Shown here one piece after another: positions 37,716 through 49,727 of a stretch of 64,000 nt of DNA. This DNA comes from Podarcis pityusensis (taxonomy: Eukaryota). The notes below the pieces were generated by a model. The model had not been told where the DNA came from and made no database searches. It worked only from the letters and a program-made list of their open reading frames with translations. A program made the translations under genes and the position numbers. The stretch lies in assembly GCA_964106645.2 (NCBI GenBank), contig OZ067041.1; one strand, 5' to 3'. The first letter of the stretch is position 1, and every line of letters starts with the position of its first letter.

Positions 37716-37941
37716 CAGTGGTACCTCGGGTTAAGTACTTAATTCGTTCCAGAGGTCTGTTCTTAACCTGAAACTGTTCTTAACCTGAAGCACCACTTTA
37801 GCTAATGGGGCCTCCTGCTGCCGCCGCACCGCCGGAGCCCGATTTCTGTTCTCATCCTGAAGCAAAGTTCTTAACCTGAAGCACTATTTCTGGGTTAGCG
37901 GAGCCTGTAACCTGAAGCGTATGTAACCCGAGGTACCACTG
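37716..37941. mobile_element. Tc1/mariner MITE
   Basis: Perfect TIRs CAGTGGTACCTCGGGTTA / TAACCCGAGGTACCACTG with TA TSD. Confidence 0.9.
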
Positions 37942-38353
37942 TATTTGTTATTATGGTATGTATTTTTGTGTCTTTATATTGTAAACCGCCCCATGATCCT
38001 TGGACAAAGGGAGGCATTTAAATGTAATAAATAATTCTAAACCACTTGTACTTTTTACATCTCCATTCACACATCAACACACACACGCACCAGTTCTTGT
38101 TACAATGATGTTGCCCTATTATCTCTCTGCACCCCTTCCTACCACACAGCCCGTCTGTCTCTAGGTCATTTAATATCTCTAGGGTATTTTGGTTGGGACT
38201 GCTGTTCTTGCTTTGCAGAATCAACATTATTACTGTCATCATTCTAGTATTTGTATCGGTAGCATTGCTTGATATTTACCTCATCTCACACACATGTGTA
38301 CATCTATACATATTTATGAAATGGAGGGGAAAATGGGATTCAAGTATACTCAC

Positions 38354-38451
38354 ACAAGATAATCCATCATTCGGGTCATATTTATGTAGCAGCAGGAACA
38401 GGAATACCTTCTATGGCTGATTTTAATAAGCCCATTTCGTACACAGAATGC
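38354..38451 (-). CDS. VWA3B: VWA3B exon (AFCVRNGLIKISHRRYSCSCCYINMTRMMDYLV)
   Basis: CAG acceptor and GTGAGT donor. Resembles human EFCPRSALIKISQNKY. Confidence 0.88.
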
Positions 38452-38953
38452 CTGCAGCAACAAAATCACCACATCTTTAAACTCCAGTGGCTTTTATCTT
38501 GTCAAACCAACCATTCACATGAAGAAACTTGTACATGGAAGTAAAAAGAGTCAAGTTTCCAAAATGCAATGGTTATTTATTTATTTTTTTAAAAGGGGGA
38601 AACAAATTAGACACAATGGATAAAAGGATAACTTACTAGAATAATCTGAAACACAGCAGAACATATGGAAAAACAGTTATTGGTGCCAAGAGAAGAGTTG
38701 ATTAATAGGTTGTTTTAAGGATGAAGTTTCAGAGCAGTAAGAACGACATTAAAATAAAGTGGAACTGAATGAAGAGAGTCCTTATTAATCAGATATGTTT
38801 CTTATGTTAATTGCTCATTTTTCCTGTCAGCTAGCGTCGACAGGAAGAAAAGGTGCAAGCCAAGCTCTATGGTTCCACCAAAGGAAAAGACGCTATTAGT
38901 GTCAAGAATAAAAGGCACTGCAGTTTTCAAGGTCTGTCCGCCTGCCGTCTTAC

Positions 38954-39091
38954 CTTTTTGTTGTTGTATTTCAAAATGGTGTAGACTTTATCATCTAAAT
39001 CAGATTTTAGTGGAGTTGCTATGACAGTACCAGGTACGTAATACTCGTCTCCCAATTGTTTCCTAACTCTTACAAATACATAGTCTCCAAC
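38954..39091 (-). CDS. VWA3B: VWA3B exon (VGDYVFVRV...YYVPGTVIATP...YTILKYNNKK)
   Basis: CAG and GTAAGA sites, 138 nt, phase 0-0, DUF4537-like. Confidence 0.93.
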
Positions 39092-39194
39092 CTGTAGAAC
39101 CAGAAGAAGAGTTAGGTTGAGTACATCAGCTTTAAATTTTAATGGTCTGAAGGTCCTATCTTCTTAACCATTAACAGAGACAAGAATGCAATTA

Positions 39195-39661
39195 CAGTGG
39201 TACCTCAGTTTTCGAACGTAATCCATTCCGGAAGACCATTCAACTTCTGTAACATTTGAAAACCAAGGCACAAAGGAATTTAATTGAGGAAATTGAGAAA
39301 CACTCAGAGGAAGCCGTTCGACTTCCGAGGCACATTCGAAAATGGAAGCATTTACTTCCAGGTTTTCAGTGTTTGAAAACCGAAATGTTCGACTTCTGAG
39401 ACTTTCAAAAACCGAGGTACAACTGTACAGTCATACCTTGGATCTCAAATGCCCTGGAACTTGGACGTTTTGGCTTCTGAACACCACAAATGTTTGTTCC
39501 AGTTTGCGAATGTTCTTTGGAACCCTAACGTCCGACGGGGCTTCCACGGCTTCTGATTGGCTACAGGAGTTTCCTGCAGCCAATTAGAAGCCATGATTTG
39601 GTTTTTGAACATTTTGGAAGTCAAACAGAGCGGATTCCATTCGACTTCCAAGGTACGACTG
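39195..39661. mobile_element. Two adjacent Tc1/mariner MITEs (39195-39425 and 39428-39661) sharing one TA
   Basis: TA-CAGTGGTACCTC...GAGGTACAACTG-TA-CAGTCATACCTTGG...CCAAGGTACGACTG-TA. Confidence 0.85.
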
Positions 39662-40436
39662 TATACTTTGTGAGCTTACAGTTTCAACTAAAAAAAACCA
39701 AAAAACCTAAACCAATGCCTTTCTTCTGCAGCTAAAGTTCTCCCCAAAGCATCCAAGTGGCTTAAACCCAAACTTTATTCACCTGTGAATCAGGAAGTGA
39801 AATATTATGGCCATACTATAAACATTATGCCCTTGTGTAGCAAAGGAGTAGGGCAAAGCGAATTGTTGACAACTTAGAAATGTCCTTAAAAATGTGTCAG
39901 CATGCATTCATCATGTGCCACAAGTTCTGATATCACCGCATAGCTGGCATTTACATTTAAAAACAAACAGCTGAATGAAACGTACTCTCACTAATCTCAT
40001 GTATCATACTGTTTTGGGTCTCCAAGACGTTTTTGCTGCCTGAGTGGCAAAACAGAAAATGGCGCTCTCCCACACTGCCGCCACCTCTTCCACCACTGCT
40101 GTCTCCCACCACCACCACTGCCTCATTCACTGCTGCCGTCTGAGGCGACTGGAGGCAGTCCAGGGATGCACCAGCACACTGAGGGTAATGGGAGGAAGAA
40201 AAAAGGCCTGAGAGGGGCAGCTGCCAGTAGCAGCAGTTCTGCTGTTTATTACACAGTGGCCACAGGCGACAAGTATAGGAGGTGGCGAACTGTTCAGAGG
40301 CCTAGATCTGCCACCCTTCGCAGCTGTCCCCAGTCTGCCTGCCACCTGAGGTGACTGCCTCACCACGTCTAACAGGTGGGCCGGCCCTAGCAATATGTCC
40401 TTCCATCTATGACTGTGTCCCTTCTTTATAGAAATA

Positions 40437-40664
40437 CAGTCCTACCTTGGAAGTCAAACGGAATCCGTTCCGGAAGTCCGCTCAACTTCCAAAACGTTCA
40501 GAAACCAAAGTGCGGCTTCCGAAACCAATCAGAGGCCGCAGAAGCCCCGTCGGACGTTCGGCTTCCAAAAATAGTTTGCAAACTGGAACAGTCACTTCCG
40601 GGTTTGCGGCGCTTGGGAGCCAAAACGTTCAGAACTAAGCTGTTCAAAAACCAAGGTACGACTG
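40437..40664. mobile_element. Tc1/mariner MITE
   Basis: TIRs CAGTCCTACCTTGG / CCAAGGTACGACTG with TA TSD. Inverted relative to the 39428 copy. Confidence 0.85.
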
Positions 40665-40930
40665 TAGTTATGAAAGAGCATTATAGAATAAGTAATAAGT
40701 AACTCTGACTCCACTGAGCAACTACACCCTGCTTTTATATACAGAGAATCAAGGGGAAGTGCTTTCTTTTGGTGGGGAGATGGCAGGATTCCTGCATATG
40801 CCCAGACACCTATACCTCTTTTTCTTTTAAGTTTTCCTGTAAGTGTTTCAGAAATTTTATTCACCAGAGTTGCACCTTATGGCTGGCCACCACATGGGTT
40901 CATCACCCTTCACATGCATCCTTAGATAAG

Positions 40931-41388
40931 TGTTATGTACTGAGTTGAATAGGATCCAAAAGGCAGCAGTCTGACTGGTCCTAGAACAATAGGATTCAGA
41001 ATGCAGCAGTCTGATTGGTCCTAGAACAATAGGATTCAGAATGCAGCAGTCTGATTGGTCCTAGAACAATAGGATTCAGAATGCAGCAGTCTGATTGGTC
41101 CTAGAACAATAGGATTCAGAATGCAGCAGTCTGATTGGTCCTAGAACAATAGGGTCCAGAATGCAGCAGTCTGATTGGTCCACAGGAGCCACCCAATCCA
41201 GCTCCAGGTGGAAGTGAATCCGCAACCTGATTGGCCTACAGGTGAATCCCGGAATTAGCCAATCACGTTGGGCCCATTGTGTAAATAATGTATATAAAGC
41301 AGACATTCTGGGGGAACTTCCATGCCTCCTCACCACTATGAGCTGAATAAAGAGCATGAAATCCACACTCGACTCCAAGTATATTTCA
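40931..41388 (+). mobile_element. Solo LTR with internal 40-bp tandem array
   Basis: TG...CA ends, 5-bp TSD ATAAG, TATATAAA at 41291, AATAAA at 41346. Confidence 0.9.
40951..41180 (+). repeat. 40-bp tandem repeat, ~5.75 copies
   Basis: Unit AGGATTCAGAATGCAGCAGTCTGATTGGTCCTAGAACAAT. Units 2-5 are identical. Confidence 0.95.
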
Positions 41389-41564
41389 ATAAGAAAGCCC
41401 AATATCAACCTCAGACAGGTAAGTTCGCCTACTCTGGTCCCATTTGCACCCAGTAAAAAAGACTGGGCAACTTGGATGAGCTAAAAGGAAGGGGGTGCAT
41501 TCCTTAAAGAAAGAACTATGTAGAGGAGAACATGCATGCACTTCAGAAATGGTAAATCGCCTAC

Positions 41565-41689
41565 CTGCAAGGATGGACAAGGCATTGCACCCCCCACAGG
41601 TATAATGAACTTCAAGGGGACGATCTCCGTGTGCCCACAGTTGAAATCAACAAGTGCGTAAAAAGGAGTGATGGTTCGTATTACCGTCC
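41565..41689 (-). CDS. VWA3B: VWA3B exon (GTVIRTITPFYALVDF...PVGGAMPCPSLQ)
   Basis: TAG and GTAGGC sites, phase 1-0, VGGAMPCP motif. Confidence 0.93.
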
Positions 41690-42413
41690 CTAAAACAAAG
41701 ACCAGGAGAGAGAAAGCAATCCATGATTCAGATTACATGCTGTGCTTTGCAGTGTGCGAAATAAATGGAAACAGCTTTCTTTAAAAACTGGTTTTCAAAG
41801 CTCAGTGCAGAGCATATGCACTGACTACAGATGAGGCAGCTCAACTGCTGGCAGCTCCATTTACAGATCACAACTAATGGAACTGGGAAAGACCCCTTTC
41901 CTTGGGGTCGTGGAAAATACTGGAAAACTGACATTAGCTAAAGCAGACAGTCCTGGGTGACATGAACCAATGGATAACAAAATCTAATGTGTTCCTAATT
42001 CCGGCCCCACAACTGGTTGCAACCTGAGGGGTGTTCAGCTTTCACATGTTAAAAGGCAGCATGAGGGGGGGCACAGAGGGTAGCTGTGCCACCCTCTCAA
42101 CAGCAACCAGCCACAATGGCTATGCTCTACCTCCACTGTCAAGGCAGTATACTTCTAAATGCCAATTGCCGAAAATCACAATTGGGTTCAGGCCCTCCAT
42201 TGGCATCTGGTTGGCCACTGTGAGAACAGAACGCTGGACTAGATGGGACATTATCCAGGTCCATTAGAATGTTCTTACATTCAGGACTCGGCTACATTAG
42301 TAAAGAAACAGCAATCTGAAGGCACTATAAACATGTGACACCAGATGGCGCCAGATAGCAGGAAATTTTTTAAATGCGGTTTTCCATAGAGATTTTTTTT
42401 CTTTTGTTAAAAC

Positions 42414-42562
42414 CAGTGCTTTTTTTTCTTTAAAAAAATGTTTAGGGGTACTCTCATTTCCCTACTCATATTGAAATACTGCCCCTCAGTGAGGCCATAC
42501 TTAGACTCACAAAATGTTTAGGGGTATGCGTACCCCTGCGTCCCCCCAGAAAAAAAGCACTG
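42414..42562. mobile_element. hAT MITE
   Basis: TIRs CAGTGCTTTTTTT / AAAAAAAGCACTG and a perfect 8-bp TSD GTTAAAAC. Confidence 0.88.
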
Positions 42563-42918
42563 GTTAAAACGATCTAATTTCTGACTTAATCATAGCACGT
42601 TCTTTTCCCTGTGTTTAGATCCACCCTCAGTCATGCGTTTAGAAAGTGCGGAAAGGGAACTTGAACGCGTACCAATGTATGCACACAGAGCTGCTTGAAA
42701 CAAGGATCCTTCCTCCTTTGCAATGGCTCTTATGCAGACACATTCTCAAACCCACTGAATGCACAGCCAACAGTGGATACGTAAGAGGGAAGAACTTCAG
42801 CATTCGGTACAAGTTTCCAAGTCTCACATACAGCATTTGTGTTAAGTCTGTAATAGTAGGTTGCCTGCATTGGGAGGGGGTTGGACTATGGGTAACTTTT
42901 AAGGTTGCTTCCAGTTCT

Positions 42919-43801
42919 TGTTAGTTTCTGTTTATGCCACTGTGCAGTGCTTGGAGTCACAAGACTCTGTTTTGCATTCCAGAGATTCCATGTACAACCA
43001 GGGTCTATTTGATTGGTCGTGCAAGAAGCAAACAACAGTAAGCTTAAGTTCTTGTGAAGCTGAACTGAATGCACTATCTTATTCACTTGTGGATTGTGAA
43101 TGGTTGTTACAATTGTGTAGAGACATGAGAATTCCTGTAAAGTGTCCAATCCAGGTTTATCAGGACAACAAAGCATGTTTGGCTTTGCTGACTTTTGAAG
43201 GGTGTAAGCAAAGCACAAAGCACTTGCAATTGAAGCTGCAACATGCTAGAGAATGTGTCCAGAAAGGACTCGTAACGGTGTCCTATATGCCAGGTAATGA
43301 AATTCCTGCTGATTTATTGTCCAAGGTTGTTCCAAGGGATCAACACTGTACCTATGTACAGAAACTGGGTTTGTACTGAGATTGTACTGACACACTGCCC
43401 AGTGGTGTTCACAGAAAGGGGGAGGATGTTAGTTTCTGTTTAAGCCACTGTGCAGTGCTTGGAGTCACAAGACTCTGTTTTGCATTCCAGAGATTCCAGG
43501 CTGTTGGAAGTCTCACGGAAGACAGGAGATGGATGTGATGTTACTGGTTTCCTGTTCCTTTGTTTTTTGGTTGCTCTCTGCTTTCACAGAGAAAGCATGT
43601 ATATTTCTTTTCTGTCTGCGTAGTTAGAAATGAAACCTAGCAATGTAGCTCAAACCTCTCATCTCTTCTGCTGTGTTTGATACTCTGATGAATGGAGAAC
43701 ATCTCTGCAGCCTTATCAAAGGTTCAGGTTGTTAATCATCGTCGGAGGAGATTCCGAAGGCTCGACTGGAGGAGTAGCTCTGTCGAACACAAGTTCCGAC
43801 A
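42919..43801 (+). mobile_element. Internally deleted Ty1/copia element (72-bp 5' LTR stub, RNase H, PPT, 375-bp 3' LTR)
   Basis: 42919-42990 matches 43427-43498 with one mismatch. PPT AGAAAGGGGGAGGA at 43413-43426, LTR ends CA at 43801, 5-bp TSD GTTCT. Confidence 0.9.
42990..43379 (+). pseudogene. Copia RNase H domain fragment (open frame, first catalytic Asp deleted)
   Basis: WSCKKQTTVSLSSCEAEL...VYQDNKAC...TKHL...YMPGNEIPADLLSK. Confidence 0.85.
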
Positions 43802-44146
43802 GTTCTATGGTAACAGGTGCCCCTGACAGTCCCATGTGCGTCCTTCCTTTCTTCCCCACTGCACACTGCCAAGATTTGAAAATTCTGCACACACACGTAA
43901 GCATATACCCCCACATAGGCACTAATGCCCATTCCTCAAAATATGTATAGATCCTAAACATTTGAACCAGCATTGCCAACTATGTAATATCTCTGCATTG
44001 CGAGCTAAATATTACATTTGGTAACTATCCTGGCTGATTAGTTATCACTTCCTGCTCCAAAGGACTCCCATCCACACGCCAGGTCTTGACACTGGTTTTA
44101 GGGTAGAATTCCAAGCCAAACAAACTACTATTTACAATGTAATTAC

Positions 44147-44258
44147 CTGGGTAGTAAAATCCCGTGCTTTCTGATCTTGCAATGACCTTGTGGCCCTTGA
44201 GAGCATCAACCCTTTTCCCTTTCTGCGGCTTCTTTTCCTGTAGCTTTGATGAAAATTT
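44147..44258 (-). CDS. VWA3B: VWA3B exon (KFSSKLQEKK...LKGHKVIARSESTGFYYPG)
   Basis: CAG and GTAATT sites, phase 0-1. Resembles human LKGQKVIARCDENGFYFPG. Confidence 0.92.
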
Positions 44259-44680
44259 CTGTGTTGCATATAAATGAGAAAGAGAGAGATTCGCCCACCC
44301 CCAGTTCTTGAGATGTACATCATAACTAGACAACAACAACAACAACAACAGAAAAAAGGGCATACAGTGGGGCAATATGCATAAAACAAAACTTTTGCAG
44401 CTTTAGTAGTAAGCGCTTAGCACTTTTCAGTGTAATATTTAAGAACAGCTAGCGTTCAGAATGACTTATTGGTCAAATGGGGGGCTGTAGATCAGTAGTA
44501 GGGCAGATGCTTTGCATATAGATGATACCAGATTCATTCCCCAGGACTTCCAGTGGCAAATATATCATTACAGGGTTAGGGAAGTTCTTTACAGGGAATT
44601 TCTCTTCAGCCATTGCTAATCAGGTTGGGAAATATGACTGAAGGAACCAATGGTCTGATTCAAAATAAATCAGCTTCATG

Positions 44681-44815
44681 TCTCAGTCAGCAGAACATGA
44701 GACTCTTAATCTCAAGGTTGTGGGTTTGAGCCCCACGTTGGACAAAAGATCCCTGCATTGCAGGGAGTTGGACCAGATGATCCTTGTGGTCACTTCCAAC
44801 TCTATGATTCTATGT
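44681..44815 (+). mobile_element. tRNA-Lys(CTT)-derived SINE with CR1-type tail
   Basis: CTCAGTCAGCAGAACATGAGACTCTTAATCTCAAGGTTGTGGGTTTGAGCCCCACGTTGG followed by CTTCCAACTCTATGATTCTATG. Confidence 0.8.
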
Positions 44816-45748
44816 TCCTACAGTTTCAAATCTTCTTTTGTAGAATAAAACCACGATGGGGTCCTTTCCTGGCCAAGACCCCATCAACCTCATGAACAGC
44901 AGAACGTTTTGCTCTAATCATGTCTTTGGAAACAAATAGCTGCTCCAGGGGCAAAATGGGATGGAGAATAAAATATATCACCAGCAAATGGGGGGGAAAT
45001 AATCTAGGCTAGACAAGAAAAGGCTATGTGACATTGGATAGATAATAAATGCTGCAGCTGCCTTGGAGCATGAAAAGCAGGTATCTCAGGAGGAGAAACT
45101 TTGAGTGCTGTTGTTCCACCCACATACTGGTTTTTGATCCAGTGAAAGCTTCTGAGGGCAGAAAGGGCATTTTCATTCACCATTCCCACTGCAGCCCCTA
45201 ATACCCACACCCAATTTGTTCCAAAGGTTTGAGGGACCCTCTGAAAGGTAGTTTTTGGGAGCAACAGGGGAAAGAGGGTCGATCAGGGAAATAGCTGCCC
45301 CTATTCCTCTATTAGTGGAAGAACCCACCCAACCCTCTGAGCATCCCCTCAAACCAAATTATTGGGATCCATGCTGAGGGAACAACTGAATCTAGCTCAA
45401 AGAATCTACTCTTTCAAGGGAAGCAGAAAATGTTCCCAATCCCTCTTAAAGCTACTAGCTTTGAATACTCATTTTCTGTAACCCTCTTCATCAGTGCCAT
45501 GGATGTGCGAAATGTGCTAACACTTGAAAGGTGCTCTATTAAATGCCAAGTCTTCTTCCTCCTTTATGCTTTTGCAATTACAATAACATTTCATTTTCTG
45601 ATCTAAGGCAACCTAGTCTAAACTTATGTGATCTGACTTTTATGGAATCTGTTTCAGACAAAAAAAATCTGCTCTGCACATTTCTGCCTTCTAGAAGAAG
45701 TCGTCAGTGCCTCCGTAACTCTGTTTTGAGGCTCGGTAGATCTTTTAG

Positions 45749-46183
45749 ACAGCATCTTAAAAAGCAGAGACATCACCTTGTTGACAAAGGTCCGTATAGT
45801 TAAAGCTATGGAAGTGAGAGCTGGACCATAAAGAAGGCTAATCGCGGAAGAATTGATGCTTTTGAATTATGGTGCTGGAGGAGACTCTTGAGAGTCCCAT
45901 GGACTGCAAGAAGATCAAACCGATCCATTCTTAAGGAAATCAGCCCTGAGTGCTCACTGGAAGGACAGATCCTGAAGCTGAGGCCCCAATACTTTGGCCA
46001 CCTCATGAGAAGAGAAGACTCTCTGGAAAACCCTGATGTTGGGAAGGATGGAGGGCACAAGGAGAAGGGGACGACAGCTACCAGCATGAGTTTGACCAAA
46101 CTGTGGGAGGCAGTGGAAGACAGGAGTGCCTGGTGTGCTCTGGCCCATGGGGTCAAGAAGAGTCGGACACGACTAAACAACAA
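45749..46183 (+). mobile_element. 5'-truncated Bov-B LINE with internal deletions
   Basis: Same peptide as the 27353 copy. 11-bp TSD AGATCTTTTAG. Confidence 0.92.
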
Positions 46184-47600
46184 AGATCTTTTAGCCATCT
46201 GTACAAACAACAGCAATGGTGCAACTCTACCCACAAGCTTAACAATACCAACTTTCCAGCTTTTTTTGATAGCTTACATTAATTCAGCATTAGGTCTGAA
46301 CAGATAGGCAACTGATAAGCTCAGCCATAAAAGGTTACTATTTCTCTTTCAGCATTAATAGGCCATCTCCTCAGTGCTTTTTAAAAAATCAGATTTGTCC
46401 AGATTTGTCCAAAGATTTAAATTCCAAGAAAACAGCATTGCATTCACTAATATACAAAGGAAATGTACCTTGCCAAACATCTTTTTCTAACATCAAGTCA
46501 TGTTGAGTATAGCTCCTGTTTAGGGTGTGTGCACAAAATAAGTTAAGTAAACATTTAGGCAAGACAAATAAAAAACGGGGGGAGGGGGGGACAAGCCATT
46601 GTTTGAAACATTTCATTTCTATCCTGAGCTCAACACCATTTCTGAATGACACCTGCATTTCTACCACTCAGTCCTGAAGCTTTGCAGCTGCAGATTAGCA
46701 ATTACTGAAGATGGGGCTCTGATTAGGCTGCTAATGCAGGTTGTCTCAGGATAAGTGATTGCACGGTGTTAATCACATCGCAGTCAGTAGCATATGTTGG
46801 CATGTCAGGACAGCAGGAGGGAAACACACCAGAAGGAACTGGTAAAGTGCAGAAATGTTTCTGCTCCTGCAGAGCGGAGGAATGAACTGGTGGGTTAGAG
46901 GAAGATTATCAACAGCTACCGTACTCACTTAATGGACGCTTCCTATTTTTATTAGGATATATCAAAGATTTTAGAGATTCAAGGGCACCGGATATTATCT
47001 TCAATCATTATTATTAAGCCAGCTCCCCCCCCCCAGCCCTTTTTACAAGCACCATTCACGGTGAGCCATACTAGCATGAAACAACTTTTCAGTGGCAGAG
47101 TTGAAATGCAGAATTAGAAAGGATCTCCTCTGCCTGTGGGGCAGGACACACACAGTCATTCCAAGGCATCATGTGGATATTTGTTATGCAGAGGCTGACA
47201 GGGAGGGGGGTGCCTGTGGGGAACTGACCCACATGTCAGAAGACTGGTAAGGCATGATGCACGCCAGAGAGGATCAAGGACAGAGGGGCTGTGAGGTGAC
47301 CAAGATGCTGCTGTGTAGCTGTGTCCTTACAGGGAGGAGACATCTTGCAGTCATGCTTTGTGAAATTTAGGTGGCTGTGTTGAGGGACCGAAACCCAAAA
47401 GGGAAGCCTCAGGGAAGTGACTGACTACAGAGCTGACTCTGGGTGGTCTCTACAGCTGTCTGATGTTTGTGATGGTCCCTAGTATCCCTCTAGGTCCTTT
47501 CCTCAGTCTGACACCTCTCCTTTATTAATTGTATACCATTTTTCCTTGAAGGACAGGGCTGTGCCCCAAAATGCCCTCTCTCAGCTCTTAAGAGCCAGTA

Positions 47601-47774
47601 CAGTCATACCTCGGAAGTTGAACGCCTTGCGATTTGAACATTTTGGCTCCCAAACACCACAAGCCCAGAGGTGAGTGTTACGGTCTGCGAACGTTCTTTT
47701 GGAACCCAAACATCCAATGCAGCTTCCGAACGGACTTCCGGAACAGATTCCGTTCGACTTCTGAGGTACGACTG
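47601..47774. mobile_element. Tc1/mariner MITE
   Basis: TIRs CAGTCATACCTCGGAAG / CTTCTGAGGTACGACTG with TA TSD. Confidence 0.85.
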
Positions 47775-47831
47775 TATCTTATTTCTACTTCATGTGGCAC
47801 ACTGTGCTGTAGAAGCGTTGATCGTTTAGGT

Positions 47832-48028
47832 CACAGCTTTCCAAACTTTAAATGTTGGTGACACACTTTTTAGACATGCATCATTTCGCGACACGGTAAT
47901 TCAATTTCGCCAGCAAACTGGAGGTTAAACAAACCCCTTTCCAGCCCCAGGAGGAGTGCGGGGAGCGTTTGCGCTACACACTGCAGCAGACACACTAATG
48001 TGTCGCGACACACAGTTGGAAGGCTCTG
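47832..48028. mobile_element. hAT MITE
   Basis: TIR-like CACAGCTTTCCAA / TTGGAAGGCTCTG and 8-bp TSD GTTTA(G/T)GT. Confidence 0.7.
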
Positions 48029-48685
48029 GTTTATGTGATCAAAACCGCAATCCTATGCATGCTTACTTGTGAACAAATTCCACTGAACTAGAGGTCTTCT
48101 GAGTAGGCATTTGTAGGTAAGATAAGGGCACTTTTCTAAATCTCTCCGCATTTGAACATAAGCCATCTCTTGTTTAACTGGTAGCAAAATGAGAGCTTTT
48201 CACTTTGTTAAGATTGAAAGAAATACACAATTGGAAATCTGCCAGAGGTCTGGCCTTTTCTCAAAAGATAAGCTCCCTCTGTAATGCTTGCCAAAGAGCT
48301 TTTAAAAAGAAATAAGGAAGAAGCTTTATTAGCATTTTGATAACACTTTCCTCAATAATTTTTTTGTTTCCCTGACTGAATGGTTGATTTAGCATAATCC
48401 TGCTGGGCGAAAGTTTTCATTTATCAACTGTCCATTTGAAATTACAGATTACATCAGTCAATCAAAGCGTAGAGCATCATTTCCTCTCCAAGTAGCAGGT
48501 GCCTATTTCATACAAATGAGTGATATTTAAAGCCAAACTGGCTGCTAAATGTGCTGCCGTTTCCCTGCACAAGAGGTTTAAGGAAACTCACATCCCTGGT
48601 ATGTTTAGAAAGTGCCAGTGAAAGCTGCTCCATCCCCATTATGCGCACAAAGAAAAACAACATTTTCATTTTATCAAAAGGTTAC

Positions 48686-48992
48686 TGTTATGTACTAAGC
48701 TAGTACATCCTAGAACAATAGGCAAGTAGGATCCTAGAATGCAGCAACTGATTGGCTTGCAGGAAAAGACCAATCAGGCTCCAGGAGGAAGTTAATCAGC
48801 CTATTAGGCTGCTAGGATCGTAGAATGCAACAACTGATTGGCTCTAGGAGGGAAGCAGAATCAGCCAATCAGACAGGACTCATTGTGTAAATAATGTATA
48901 TAAAAGCCTGAGGTTTGGGGGGCAATTTAATCACTGTTTTACAAGCTGCAATAAAGAGCATGAAATCACTACAAGACTCTGAGTATATTTCA
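48686..48992 (+). mobile_element. Solo LTR, same family as 40931-41388
   Basis: TGTTATGTACT...AGTATATTTCA ends, 5-bp TSD GTTAC, TATATAAA and AATAAA. Confidence 0.88.
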
Positions 48993-49589
48993 GTTACAGT
49001 CATGCATATTTGTCTAAGCCCAATACAATGCACCCTTGTAGGAGACGAACCATCACGCACAAATGTTTCCATTTATATATTTTATAAAGTAGTATCTCAC
49101 TCCTCAACATGGAACACAGCACTAGGTTTGGCTCTAAAAATCCCTCACCAAGGGAAGCAAGCAAGCAAGCACCTTTGCAACTGAGGTTGCAGTCCTCAAC
49201 ATTTCAATTAGATAACATTTTTTAAGTGGAGAAAAGGAATAATGCTGCACGTGACTGGCATACATTGGGAAGTTTCACAGTTCACATTTCTTGTCTGGTC
49301 TTTCTCAGAGGGAGTATCACAGTAACGTACAGATGCTGCGTTCACTCACAAGAGTAAACAATGGTTTGGCGCTAAAGGGATGAGCTGCAACAAGCCCAAA
49401 CAAAGTGTTGGGCTTGCATTTCCTCACCTCCTCCCGCGTGGCTGAGAGGACAACCTCTGCCTACTTCAGGTTTACTGAATCCCTTGGTTGAATACAAGCT
49501 CTGGTCATCTTCATAAGAAGCCAACCATGGTTAGTTTCATAATCATGGCTTACGAAGCTGGCTTATTAAACCAGCAAATTAAAATAGAA

Positions 49590-49727
49590 GGAAGTGGTGG
49601 ACTTTCCTTCCCAGAAGGTATTTAAACAATGGCTGGGTGGACATCTGTCAGGGATGGTCCTGCACTGTAGATCCTGCACTGAGCAACATAACCTTCAAGG
49701 TCCCTTCCAACTCTATGATTCTATGAT
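49590..49727 (+). mobile_element. CR1 3' end fragment
   Basis: GGTCCCTTCCAACTCTATGATTCTATGAT tail. Confidence 0.7.

Noticed and set aside
40951-41180. CRISPR-like regular repeat
   Set aside because: The units are head-to-tail with no unique spacers, and they lie inside a eukaryotic LTR.
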